DNA from: Lytechinus pictus
Lineage: Eukaryota
DNA length: 64,000 bases
Direction of reading: 5' to 3'
Assembly (NCBI RefSeq): GCF_037042905.1
Contig: NC_087251.1
Span: forward strand, 21,144,001 to 21,208,000
In this document: positions 27,812-40,692 of the stretch, in pieces
Numbering within the stretch: the stretch's first letter is position 1
Layout of the letters: each line of letters starts with the position of its first letter
The notes under the pieces: model-generated
Told to the model about the DNA's origin: nothing
The model's database searches: none
What the model saw: the letters and a program-made list of their open reading frames with translations, nothing else
Position numbers and translations under genes: made by a program

Positions 27812-28043
27812 GGGACAAGGGGCGGGAAAATTTGACAAGCAAAAAAAAAGGTTATCATCCCAAAAGTACGGTCCCAACTCTCGTCACGTCCCAACTCGTC
27901 CCAAAATACATGTTTTATTACGATTTAGAATGATGTATTTCTTACCATGAAAGACAAAATATAGTAGGGGGGACATTTGATATTGTGTCCCCCCTATTAT
28001 TTTGAGTAGGGGGGACACGTCCCCCCTGGGATTTCCGCCCATG

Positions 28044-28410
28044 CCTATTACTACTACTTCTACTCTTACTACTCATCCTACTACTACTTCAAACTACCTC
28101 TCTATTCTACTACTAGAACTAGCCTATTCCTACTACTACTATTATTTCTACTACTACTACTACTACCACCACCACCACCACCACTACTACTTCTACAACT
28201 ATACTACTACTACTCCTATTACTTCTACTCTTACTACTCCTCCTCCTACTACTGCTACTTTACTTCAAACTACCTCTCTGTATTCTACTACTAGAACTAG
28301 CCTATTCCTACTACTACTACTACTATTACTACTACTACTACTACTGCTACTACTACTACCACCACTTCTACTACTACTACTACCACCACCACCACCACCA
28401 TCACTATTGT
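28044..28410. repeat. (CTA/CCA)n microsatellite, right part
   Basis: Low-complexity tactactac/caccaccac tract. Confidence 0.9.
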
Positions 28411-29220
28411 TTCTGCTTTCAGATAATTTTCATAGTAATGATGGCTGCCTTGACTGAAGCAGAAGTGTTAGTAGCACTACAAATAGAAGGAACATCAAAT
28501 AGTAATACCAAATTCTACTGCTTCTTGCCACTGATCTATATCTACTGGTCATTTCCCTTCTCTCAAAAGTAGCAGCATTTTTCATTTGTACTAATGGGAA
28601 TTGTGGTCAAACTCCTGTGTACTTTTCCAACTACCCAACTAACCCAAGACCCTTCATGTTTATTTAATCCTTCTTGATTTGCCTTTATGTCTATCATTCT
28701 TGAAGGAGCAGTTCCTTCCCATCTATCATATCATGTCCAACACATCTAAATGTCATCAGGCATATAATCTATCTACGGTTATATTTTTCTTCTCTCTGCC
28801 CTTTTCAGCACTCTTAGATTCACGCCCTCCACATTTTTCTGCTTAATTTCATTCATTATTCAGAGCAATCTTTAACAACGTCATCAGTCATGTATGCTAG
28901 CATTGTTAGTAAGATCTTGGAGAGAGGAGGAAGATCTACTTCTAGAAAACAAACAGATGCACACATGTAAAACCACACTACCACCTCCTCTGCCACACGT
29001 CAAAGAACCTTTAAAGAAAAACAAACGTACGATGCCATACAGAAATTCCTTGAAAAGTATTTTAAATTAAGTCCAAATCCTTTTCATGATATTCATCTAT
29101 TTCCAAAAGCTCAAAATTATAAATAACTAAAACTATGTGCACAAACCCCAAGTGTTTGTTTTGACATCAAATCAATCAGAGCTAACAGTCCATACAGCAT
29201 ATACACCAATTAACTTACAT

Positions 29221-29285
29221 CTGGGGCCATGCTTCATAAAGGCCTTGCAACTGTTGTAACGCATTTTTTATGAAACAGGCCCCAG
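29221..29285. mobile_element. Minimal 65-bp Harbinger-like palindromic remnant
   Basis: ctggggcc.tg.ttcataaa ... tttatgaaacaggccccag. Confidence 0.55.
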
Positions 29286-29343
29286 ATGAGGAGACACATC
29301 CACTGAAATAAAGAAACCCCAAATAGGAACATTTTCAATTCAT

Positions 29344-29349
29344 TTTATT
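29344..29349 (-). terminator. Candidate AATAAA polyadenylation signal for NDUFAF5 (3'UTR of about 1 kb)
   Basis: tttatt on the + strand ~1.04 kb beyond the stop codon. A second candidate is at 29621-29626. Confidence 0.4.
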
Positions 29350-30383
29350 CAAATTCTGAATTTCAGAATTTAACAAATCACACACAATGATGGACTATTC
29401 TGAATCAAAAATACAAAATTTGAATTGCAAAAGTTTGCACTCATCTACACAATTTTTAATAGAGAATAATAGAACAGCATAATAATCTTGTTTACCAAGT
29501 GCATAGTGAGGTCATCAATCTTACAATGTATCATCGATCATTTTGCCAAAATAAAATGTTATAATCTTAATACACTTCTTATGTAAAACAGACAAACATA
29601 CTTATATTCTTGTTTTGCTTTTTATTTTGTTTCAAATATATGTGTTGAGATAACACAAGAGGCTAATTTTCACATTATAATAGAAATCACAAGTGGGTGT
29701 GGAATTCAAATCATACAAATAAGTTTGCAGGCTGACATGAAATATGAATCAGTTTTAACTCTGTTTCACACACAATTGAAGTAAAAAGTACACCTTAAGT
29801 CTTCACAGAAAGAATATCCACTTCAAATTCTTTCATAATGCACATGATCTTAAGAGTGAATTAATTAATCAAAATACACTTATATAAGTGTCATTCCATT
29901 GTATATCAAGGGCAAATTAAAATTGTCCAATGCTCTTGAAATTCATCATAATGGGATAAGTTGATCTTGCAGTTCACAAGTTACAAAAATAAGTTTGACC
30001 ACATCTTAGGGAAAAGTCAAACATGATTTTTTTGTGACATAATTATATTGAATCTAACATCAATTTAAAGGAAACTCTTGTTGCAGGAAACTTAAGAACA
30101 ATAACTGAGATTTCAGGTACAATCTTGCCATCTATGAAAGAAAAAAAAAAAAAAAATTCCAATAAAGATGGTTGCTCCTGAGATGCCATCACAGCAAGCT
30201 ATGCCACAAACATTCGTTGCAGACCCATTCATGCAATATGAGCATATATCTTAGCTGACTATGGTGATAATATTTTAGTGTAACCACATCTTAAGTGAAC
30301 AGTGACCATGATTTCCTTGACGATGCATCAATGCTGAGCTTGTCCTTATCAATGATAAATTACAACATAGAGAAGCTCAAACA

Positions 30384-30467
30384 TTATTCCTTAGGGGGTA
30401 CATCCATCTTGAGTTTGTCCAGATCTTTAAGTGAAGCTGTTGCTGAACCTCGAGCAGCTGGTTTTGC
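30384..30467 (-). CDS. NDUFAF5: NDUFAF5 last coding exon, 84 nt including stop
   Basis: Translates to AKPAARGSATASLKDLDKLKMDVPPKE*, matching the conserved terminal A.PA.RGSAT.S motif. Has a polypyrimidine tract plus a cacAG acceptor, in phase 0 and in frame with the exon ending at 55676. Confidence 0.92.
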   Translation of the reverse strand, partial: AKPAARGSATASLKDLDKLKMDVPPKE

Positions 30468-30595
30468 CTGTGCATGGTAATAAAAAGAGAAGAAAGCAAA
30501 CGTGATATCAAATTTCTGGACAAAATAGGGTGTGCAAGAAAGGATCAAATTACACAATCACAGATAGTATTATTGTTCATGTTTGTACAGTCAGT

Positions 30596-30820
30596 AAAGG
30601 GTTAATCTCCTGGTTGAAAATATTTATATCTGAATTTAAAAAAAAGGAACATTCACTGAGCAAAATGCTGAAAATTTCATCAAAATCTGATAAGAAATAA
30701 CAAAGTTATTGAATTTTAAAGTTAAGTAATATTCTATGACAATAGTTATATGCACGTAATCCTTAATATTCACCAGGTGGGCTGATGATGTCACATCCCT
30801 ACTTTCCTTTTTCTTATGTT
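30596..30820. mobile_element. Truncated relative of the Kolobok-like MITE at 49580
   Basis: Shares the ctgaaa.tttcatcaaaatc.gat...aaagttat motif and a gatgatgtcac segment. Confidence 0.5.
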
Positions 30821-33272
30821 GAGGGGAGTTATGCCGACGCTGAGGTTTGCAATTTATCCTAAAAATGCATTCAGCTCAGAGGCAAAATACAGAAGTTTTA
30901 ACATGTTATTCCATTTCTTCAGACACTTTCAAGAAAGGAATATGGCCCGTTCTCCTGAGGTGAATCAAAGATGAAAACCAAACTGTTTCTTTACCCTGCA
31001 AAGGATCCTTTGACATTGGAGAATTCAAACAAAGTTGCAATCTGTAACCACAGAACTTGAGCATATTTCTGACACCTCCTAATGCATTAACTTATTGATG
31101 TGCTGCCTTGATCTTAACTGCGAGGGACACATGAACCTACTAGACATTCCATCTTGTTATTCCACATTCTGTGTGATTCTTGAAAGAATGCCCTTGTCCC
31201 CATTTCTGAATGGAAGATGAGGGATGAGTATTGCTGTCACATGAGAACTATGGAGAAGATGCCTTAAGGAAGTGTCTTTAACACCCCACCATGCTCATTG
31301 CAGTCAACATGTATTTGACATTAGCATTCTTTCCTTAATTCGACAGGACAAGGAACAAAAGGGCAGAAAATAAGCCGCACAGAGCAAACACCACGAAGAT
31401 TGGAATATGTACGGTATGCATCAGCAGTTGATGTTGCTGGTATGAGCTTGCATAAAGCTTGGTTGATCACGGAGAGCTAGAGAGCTACCGCAACATCATC
31501 GAAAGCTAGGATCCAAATAACATTAGTCCTAATCCAAGTACCTATCTTCTGAAAATTCCATGGATTAGGAGCCTGCATCTGTGTGGCATTTATCACACAT
31601 ATGGCTCGCTACCTGTCAGAATGCCAACCCGGTCTCATCCGTTGACATGCTTTAGGTTTGTAACTTCTCTGAGAATCAACTTTTTTATTTTACTTCAGCT
31701 ATGATATTTAAGAGATGAAATATGGAATGAAGAAAAGGAAAATTACGGTTGCAGACATTATTCTCTGATCATCTAATTTTAAATTAATAAATTTTCAAAT
31801 ATTTCCTTCTGGTGAATATCAGTTTATATATTTCAACTATGGAGTAGGATACAAAGGACAGAAATCTGATGGATACATATATTCATGATTTCTTCTGCTT
31901 TTATAGAATAATGGGGAGCAATCTTTTATTTATATATATATTGAGTATTCTATCATTGATATTTCTGCTCTGACATTTCAGGAACAAAATGTGAAAATGT
32001 AGCAACAAACCTCATGAGACAACTCTGAATAAATTATGAATAGTAATACATTTAAATGAATATTTGTACCAAAAAAGATTGTTTGTTTTCGATTGAATTT
32101 TATTCATTTTTACAAACTGAAATAAAGTAGATGTAGTTCATTTTGATGCAAAACAAACATGGTTGTATAATAACCACTGCCTTGAATGTTTAGGATCCCT
32201 CTCCAAAGCCAATGGAAATTAAAGAAGTCAGAAGTCAAAAGATTAAATTGTGGTTACTAAGATATTAAAGACCAATCAAATGAAGATCTACAGGAGTTGG
32301 GAGGCAGCATTCCTCTGCGGAGAGATGGAAATGTCAAGAATTAAAATGCCTCTAGCTCTAAGCAGCAAATTAATGTTTAAAGCTAATATTTTCCTTTGCC
32401 TCACTACTCATCTCAGTAAGTTATTGCCTTTTTTTTCTTTTTGCTTTTGATTTTATGCTTTTTGAAGCAGTATAATCATGACAACTACAGGATTCCATTC
32501 GTTTCTGGTGCGATCCATTAGAGAAATTTATCTTTATGTCCTGGGGAGCCATTTGACTACATTCAACTTCCTTGGCTTTCATTTCAGCTTTCATGTGTGT
32601 GTACACAGTTTGGCTGATCATGTATTCTGCTAGATATCAGCTGTGATTTCAAGGCATGGCTTAAGTTAAAAGTGAAAAGAGTTTGTGCTGTACATAGAAT
32701 ATGAAAGAGCTATACAATATTCTGAACACGAGCTGAGTAAGTGGATGTTTTTATCCAAAAACAATTTCAAAATAGCCATTTTAAAGCAGGATAGAGATTT
32801 AGTAAAATATGACTCTTCAGGGATAAGGTTATTATTTGTCGCAAAAATACAAACTTAAAAGACCTTAACAATATCAATGCATATACCTTTATAGATTTTT
32901 AAATTGACATGTTTCCTTTTTGGAGAGTTAAGAGCATGAAATATCTGAACTATTAACACAACAAGTCATTTCTCTCAAATTTTCAATATTGGGAAGGGTA
33001 AACTGAATTATCATATAGAGATGGGCCGGATGCTAAACTGATGCAACTGACAAGATCAAATGCATACCCAATAATATGAATATGACTGATTTTGTTTGGA
33101 TGAAAATCAAGTTTCATGGGATATGATTTAAAATTGCAACTCTCTACAGTGCGTATCAAAAAAAGTTTACACTTTGAAAAAGCCATGGGAATTAAAATAT
33201 ATACATGTTGGTAATTTTTCACATATATTCTTGGGTTTGGGTCTCATCTATCCAATGAAAGTAAAAGTTTTG

Positions 33273-34356
33273 CAGTCAGACGGCAGGTCCCAAGAAAGTG
33301 GCTTCTTTCATACAAGTGATATTCATGACTTGAGATGTTTTGCATATTTAATGAGCTTGATGCGAACCGAAACACCTCTTTTCATTAGGTCATTGCTGCT
33401 CTAATTGTGCATCGAATTTCATGAATTTGGTATCATTGTAAAGAAGAAGAATCATTCGTTCAGATCATGTGTTTGAATTTATTCAAAGATTTTGTAATAT
33501 AGGTTACAATTTTGATCTAAAATATGCTACAAAATAATTATTTTCACCTGACAAAAGCTGCTATTTTCACACTTTATTTTTGTTTGAGCCCAAATGATTT
33601 TTAGATCATGATAAAGCTGAATATGTATGCTTTAAAATGATATAGGTTTCAAAATAAGAATTGGTTTAATCGGGTCAAGATCACACTTTTCATTTGCCAA
33701 GTACATAAAGCAGCTTGAAAATAAGAATACTGCACTCTGATTGGTCAAAGAGACCACACACTGGCAAATTGCAACAGTTCCAGTGCCTGGGTTCATGGAA
33801 AGGTCACACTTCCTCTGTGGTAATCTCCTCAAATACCCCGCGCCTGTTGTTCTGTGAACCTTATTCAGCCAATCAGAACTCTGCATTTCATGCAAGTACA
33901 AAATTTCAGAAATCTCGTCTTGTACCTTGGTGGGAAAAGTGTGATCTTGACCCGATTAAAAGGTGCCGCATATCAAGAGTGGCATTGTGAGAAAGTACAG
34001 AAGTTCAGCTTTATGGTGATATAGATATCATTGAGGCTCGAAATAAAAAGTTTTGCACAATTTGCAAAAGAAAACAGAGGAAGAAAATTCAATTTTGAGG
34101 CACATTTTCAGGCCAGAAATTTACTTATTTAACAAAATATTGTATACAAAATAAATGACCAATATGAAAGAGTAACATTTACTCTTTCTGATGGTGCAAT
34201 AATATTTCATTTAAATTGAGGTTAAAACAGGTAAATTCTTAGAGAAAGAAAATCTCACGAATCACGAGATTTTGCAAGGAGGAGGATTCAGCCACGAGAT
34301 GATTTGGATGAATCTGGCCTTTTTGCTCATTAGCATAGGGACCTGCGGTCTGACTG
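33273..34356. mobile_element. Nested DNA transposon with 4-bp TSD (superfamily unassigned)
   Basis: 19-bp TIR cagtcagacggcaggtccc / gggacctgcggtctgactg (1 mismatch), flanked by tttg on both sides. Confidence 0.8.
33665..33960. mobile_element. Innermost MITE with a perfect 27-bp inverted repeat that includes TTAA
   Basis: tttaatcgggtcaagatcacacttttc ... gaaaagtgtgatcttgacccgattaaa. Confidence 0.75.
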
Positions 34357-36454
34357 TTTGACAGGATGTTATCCTTGAGTGAGCACTGTCCATTTTTGTA
34401 AAGCTCGCAGAAATCTGTTTGTGCAGAAATGCTCATTTTCACGCTGTGTCAAGGGGAAAGGGCGAAATCAAACTTACCCTGCGAAACATTTCTCATACAT
34501 TTCCCTTGCACTTTTAGTCAATTGAAATAAAACGGATAGATTCAAGCATTTTATAACGATTTTGCCACCAAAATTTAAATTTCAACAATAAGTAAGCACA
34601 ACCTTTACCCTTTCTGTGCCAGCTGGATCTGAGGATATAACTGAATCTGAATAAAGTTTATATCAGACATCTCCAGCATTTTTCACTAAGTTTTTTATCA
34701 TTTAAAGTGGGTTTACATTTCTTTTTTCATTTAATACTTGTTTCCCCAAACTTTTCCCAAGCTTGACAATGATTAACAAAATGAAAATAAAGCCTAAGCC
34801 ATTTCATGTGAATCACAGCTCAGTGTAAAGCAAATATCGTCACGATGGCCTCGGTGTGTAGGGGAGTGGGGTGGGGCGCAATGCACTCTTTGAAGTGTTT
34901 TGGGCAAGGAAACAAGTTAAAAAAGGTAAAAGATATCTTCAAATCAATTTTACTAGCTAAATTACACGTGTTCTTCATGATTAAGGTCTACTTTTATTCG
35001 CATAACTATTTCAAAGTTCTGCGCAAATCATTTTTCACTAACTTTTCAAAAGTAAGTGGTGCTCACTCAAGCGGAAATATTTTTCGACAGTTATATCGTC
35101 ATTTGCTTAAATGGATCTGTACCAATGTTAAAATGTGGAAAAATCTTCAGGATATTACAAATGTATAATTTTACAGGATTTTTTCTAAGTGTAAACTTTT
35201 TTTTGATACGCACTGTATAAGGACCTTATATGATGCAGATTTTTAAAAAGTCAGATATTGAGATCAATAAAGGATGGGTAATACAGGTCCATTATTTGTC
35301 CCATGACAATCCACTTGAAAACATTTTCATGAATTTCAGGAATTGCAGTACTACATGTACTCCTTCAAAACACTTGAGTATTGCATTTGTAAGCGTTATT
35401 GGTAACATACACGTACAAAGGCTATAAAAATGTAAAACATGGATATTCAACATATCAAAATGAAACCTCCAGACCCGTAATACTCTACAAAGCAAATAAT
35501 AAAGAAACATATAAAAGGGAAATACAAGTATTTCTAGAAATAAACCATTCAAAGGTCAGCATAAGTTCACACCAACTGTACTTAAAATTCAGTTTTGATC
35601 ATCACCATTATTTTACCTAGGTATTTACCAAACTGTGGATAAAGACAGCATCTAAAAACAGTAATCACAGTACTCATGATTCTATGTTGATGCGGTAACC
35701 ATGCACAAACTATTCCTTCAGGAGGAGAAGCTGTCATATGATGAGTCTCAAACTTTCTCAAGGAGCCCTTTTAAGAGGTATGAATGGCTCTAGAGCTCCC
35801 TGCCTGGCAAATGACCCCAGCAGAAAGCAACAACAACTCAATCTTCCTGGGATTTCTTACCATCTAAACTTCATCCGTTATATTCAGTCCCCTTATTTTC
35901 TTTCTCAGAAATCTAACAACAAGTCAGCAGCAATAGCTGTGAACTAGGTAATGTATGTTTCATACTAGGAGGGGGAAAAAATGTTTCAGACCCAGCCATG
36001 AAATATATTAATCAAACAAGAGTAAATTCTCATCTTGGTTATAAAATGTGAAAGCATAAAATCATATGAAACAGTGTGTTGGAAGTTTTAAAAAGAAAGT
36101 AATAAAGACAGGCTATGTAAAATTCAAATTGGCAATTTAGAGAGCAGATTATACACCACCACTGTTCCGTAAGTCAAGCACATAGTGTAATTATCAGAAA
36201 TTCTTTTGTTTTCTCCTTCAAGCACCATTTCTCCTGGGGCAAAATAAATCAAATACAACACAGACAGCATATGAATATATGACCTCACAAAAGAAAGAAA
36301 AAAATCTTCACAGAAAGTTTCAAAATAACCATGTTTTTCTCTGTGTGCTGTATCTTGTTTTACACATTTTGTTACATATTATTACTTATGAAATCACACT
36401 AATGGCAAAGTTACAATAGTTGTAAGAAATTATGTTGTTCAAAGTCATTTCTTA

Positions 36455-37008
36455 TACCCTTTTTACACACGCTAAAATTTCCTTAACCCCGTACTATAGG
36501 TGGGGCTAAATTGCCATTTAGCCCCACCTATAGTACGGGGTTAAGCTTAGCCCACTTTCTTTTTACACAGCATTTTTGCAAAGTGGGCTAACCCCACCTT
36601 TAGTACGGGATTATTTGGCCCTGCAAAAAAGCAGGGTTATCCCAGCAATTGCGGTGCTAAGAGCGATAGTACGGGGTTAAGATCGCTAGTGTAAAACGAA
36701 AGTGGGCTAAGCTTAACCCCGTACTATAGGTGGGGCTAAATGGCAATTTGGCCCCACCTATAGTACGGGGTTAAGGAAATTGTAGCGTGTGTAAAATGGT
36801 ACGAGTGAAGTACTTGTACTACGAATGATTGACAAAAACCACTAGTCCGGGGTTAGCGAGTTTCGTGTGTAAAAAGCAAGCATTCCTTATCCGGGGTTAG
36901 CAATAACAATTTGGCATGTGTAAAAAGGAAAAAAAAATAGTACGGGGTTAAGAATAGTACGGGGTTAGCGATAGTCCGGGGTTAAGAAAATCCTGTGTAA
37001 AAAGGGTA
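36455..37008. mobile_element. PIF/Harbinger-like foldback MITE
   Basis: TTA|taccctttttacaca ... tgtgtaaaaagggta|TTA, with many internal tagtacggggttaag / cttaaccccgtacta copies forming nested palindromes. Confidence 0.82.
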
Positions 37009-39690
37009 TTAAAGTACTAAGCCAAACAAGAAATCTTCTTTATCTTGAAACCTCATGACTGGATCTGCAATCATCCACTCCATCCTAGCTTCCGATGTGA
37101 GAGTAAAAAGTGGTTTAGTAAACAGCTTTATATATGCAAAAGCATTGAGGCGTTATGATCTAGGCATAGGGATTATCTATACTAAGCAAGCACTTCATGG
37201 CCCAATTGTAGATAGAGGAATGCTAACATACTTGAGGGACTTGTCATCAATTTTGATTCATCCTGATGTATTCTGGTCTATAGATCCACCTGTGAATCGC
37301 TGAGGTGCATTCTGCGACAATCTCATGAAGCTCAATTCAATAGTTTGTAAGAATCTTTGTCCATATTGAACAAAAATGTTAAATTAAAAAAACAGAAAAA
37401 TATCATCATCCAGCTCAAAACCAACAATAACGAAAGAGGCAATGTTCTCTGTAAAAGCAATAGTCATTTTGAGCTTCAATATACGTAGTTCTTCAGATCA
37501 GCTTATTTGGCAGAGTAACACTTCTCTCAAGTTATGAAATCTAACCAACACAAACCACTAATTCTTTAAGATCCTTTATTATACTTCTAATAGTTTCAAC
37601 AGATCATCTACAGTATGTGCATCATGTGCTCCTGTCAACTTAAAAATGTTAAACATGTTTTTCCCTACTTTTCGAATCACTCTGTGAAATTCTATATTCA
37701 ATCAAATTATAGGTTTTAGCTGATCATGTTTTGTTTAGTGTCTGGTTTTTTTTTAGAACTATACCAAAATAAATTTGCTGACTTACTATGGGTTATGAGT
37801 GGGGCAATCATATATGGTTCAAAAGTTTTCTGGTGACCTCTCACTAACTTAAAGATGCATTAATCTCTACTTCCAAAGAGTGCAAACTATCCACTTCGAA
37901 GTAGATTCTACAGCCTTTGGGCCTTCACTTCTGAATTCCCTGAACAAAACACTACAAAACTGCACTGTTCAAGCGTATGTAACCAAACCTAACCTATTTG
38001 TCACTAGGAAATGTTTACACATTTTCTTGCAAGGGACCACAGGTCAATCAACTTAAAATATGCAGAAAGAGTCTCAATGCAATTGTGGGATCCACCAATT
38101 GAACATCATTTAAAAATATTTTCTTCTCTATAAATCTAATAATGATTTACCCCCTTTCAAATAGTAGAGTTTAAAGAGGTAGTAGTAGTAAGAATAGTAG
38201 CCATATTACAATACTAGTAAAAGCAGTAGTATAGTATTTGAAGAAGCAAAAGACAAAATATTAACAATGCTGCCTCTGCAAGCATCCATTTTCAGCTTTT
38301 CCACAACCTTTTATAGCTTAAGTCTAACATCTTTATTTCTGTGATGATAATATGTTTAAGTTGATTCATGAACATGACACACTTACTCCAGAAGAATTCT
38401 CTTGATTGATTAAAAATATAATTGGTTCCCCCATAATAAAGGACAAATATTCATGCTTTGATACTGTTGGGATTCTCTTAAGCCCCTATTCATCAACATT
38501 GATCAGAATAAATAGAATAAGATACAGCACTGAAAATTTCATACTATGGATGACATATTTAGAAAGATGTAAATTTTAAGTTTCGCTTTTGCAGTTTCCC
38601 TTTAATTAATACACATGATACATTTATAACTCAATAACTAAACAACTGAGACAGCCAAATCTTTCCATAACCAAATCTCTAAACTTTCATATGATGAAAT
38701 ACATAAAGAAATGTGTCACCGTGGGCTCTCTCACTTGCAAACTGACCATGTCATTCTAATCAGTATTATACAAAGTAAAAATATTTAAAATTATGCCATT
38801 ACTTTGTTATTCTACATCAGACTTTGATAAAATATTCGGTATAACATGTACTTAAAAATCAACTGAATGTTTGAAGACTTGTCCTTTAAAATGTTTACAG
38901 TGGGAACTAGTGGTGCCATTATTACCCCCATGGAGGTTTGAGAAACCAGTAGTGAATGGGATGAACTCACAAGATAATTACCACTCTCATGTATAATGCA
39001 CAGGCTATGCTGATGAATATCATGGATCAAGCCTTACTAAACATCAAAACTCCATGCACTTTCTACCAAGGGAATACTTAGGGGTGCACGACCCTACAAC
39101 GCCTTGTTCTTGTCCTTACTTCTATGTTTTGGACTGCTTGGGTTCTGCTCCAGGTCTGGCTCTGCATAAAATTGCACTCATTAACCCACATCGGATGAGT
39201 GTGCCTTACAAGTTCCATCCTACGCATCCTGCATCGCCGACCCCGCGACGTCGGTTCTGCATGCACGATGCGCGGCTACCGTGATCAGATTCTACAGCTC
39301 GGGTGTAAACCTTATCCACTATCATAACAAAAAGAAAAATCCTGTTTGGAGATGCCATAAGGTATGAAAATACGCCTCAGGTATATGAGGAAAGCAATGG
39401 AGCACTTTCTAATAGCAGAAGAGAGAACACCACAAAGGCAGGAGAGATTTCATGAGGCAGTTTCCACCAGTAAAACTAATAACTAAAATAGGAGAAATCA
39501 ACCATGAAGAATTCATGAAAACAGATACTCAATCAAAAATAGGATTCAGGCAAACTGAATGATTTATCATTATGGTTCCTAATTCTAGCATGTGTGGGAT
39601 GCTAGAAATGCAAAGGACGATTATTGATTAAATTTCTTGTCAAGCACAATGGATTGAACATAGAGTATGGCCTTACAATTAAGAACAAAC

Positions 39691-39743
39691 TTGTTTGTTG
39701 TTCTATAGCCTCTAGTATTGTTTGTTGTTCTATAGCCTCTAGT
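39691..39743. repeat. Direct duplication with a 27-bp period
   Basis: ttgtttgttgttctatagcctctagt occurs twice. Confidence 0.85.
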
Positions 39744-40143
39744 CAGTAAACACAGCTCTTCATAGCTGATTCTTAAGCATCATAAGTTATGTGAAATGAT
39801 ATATTACATTATTCTGATATGAGAAATTAGTTGCATCAAGCAACAGCAGAAAGGCTTTATTCCATATGAATAATACTTTGAATACAAAACACTTTGAGTT
39901 GAAAACAAGATTGCTTGCGTTCATAAAATTTTTCGTAAAAACATGATTTTTATAATCACTTGAATCAAATGTATTTCTGAACAAAATTTTTAATGATTTT
40001 CTTTTCTTGATTTTTGGAATCAGATGAACACAACAAAAGTTTCCAAATTACATTTTTTTTATAATGTCAGTCTGGTAGGGGCAGTATTCAATTTGAACAT
40101 GTGCATAGAAATTTTAACCTTGACCGACCTTCATCCACAAGAC

Positions 40144-40279
40144 CAGGGACCCGTAACACAAAGCTTAGCAATGATCATAGAACATTTTTCTACGATTGAT
40201 TGCATTCACTACAATGTACAATCAATCGTAAAAAATCAAGCGTACGATCAATCATTAACATTTGTATTATGGGACCCAG
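40144..40279. mobile_element. Harbinger-like MITE family A, CAG TSD
   Basis: CAG|ggacccgtaacacaaa...ttatgggacc|CAG; an inverted homolog is at 43126. Confidence 0.75.
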
Positions 40280-40505
40280 AACAACAAAAAGCACCACCCC
40301 AAAAAATGAAGCTAGACATTGTTGATATTCATGTTTTTGAAACAAGAAATCACCCCACAGATAAAGAAGAAATTTAAAAGAATAGATAAATAACTAAGGG
40401 AATTCATGTAATGAATTAACATATTTGATAATAAGGATGCTCATGACAAATTGTGAAAAACTGACCTAAAGTAAATCACTTTTGGACCTATGGGATTAAT
40501 AGAAT

Positions 40506-40692
40506 CAGGTGGGTGTTTCATAAAGCTGTTCGTAAGTTAAGAGCGACTTTAAGAACGACTGGTGATCCTTTCTTACGCGCAAAACCCTCTCCAATGAAGG
40601 TTTTTGTGTATATTATTTACCCCAAGAAAGGATCACCAGTCGTTCTTGAAGTCGTTCTTAACGTACGAACAGCTTTATCAAACGGCCCCCAG
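40506..40692. mobile_element. Harbinger-like MITE family B, CAG TSD
   Basis: CAG|gtgggtgtttcataaagctgttcgta...tacgaacagctttatcaaacggcccc|CAG; a homolog is at 44897. Confidence 0.75.

Larger units (their letters stand above)
24938..28043. mobile_element. hAT-like MITE (outer element of a nest)
   Basis: TIR caggggcggaaatc / gatttccgcccatg with a perfect 8-bp TSD cctattac (24930-24937 and 28044-28051). Confidence 0.85.
33147..35215. mobile_element. Tc1/mariner-like non-autonomous element (outer element of the second nest)
   Basis: TA|cagtgcgtatcaaaaaaagtttacactt ... aagtgtaaacttttttttgatacgcactg|TA. Confidence 0.88.

Noticed and set aside
28002..28457. 151-aa ORF, and similar ORFs at 24730-25082
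   Set aside because: These are translations of the (CTA/CCA)n microsatellite.
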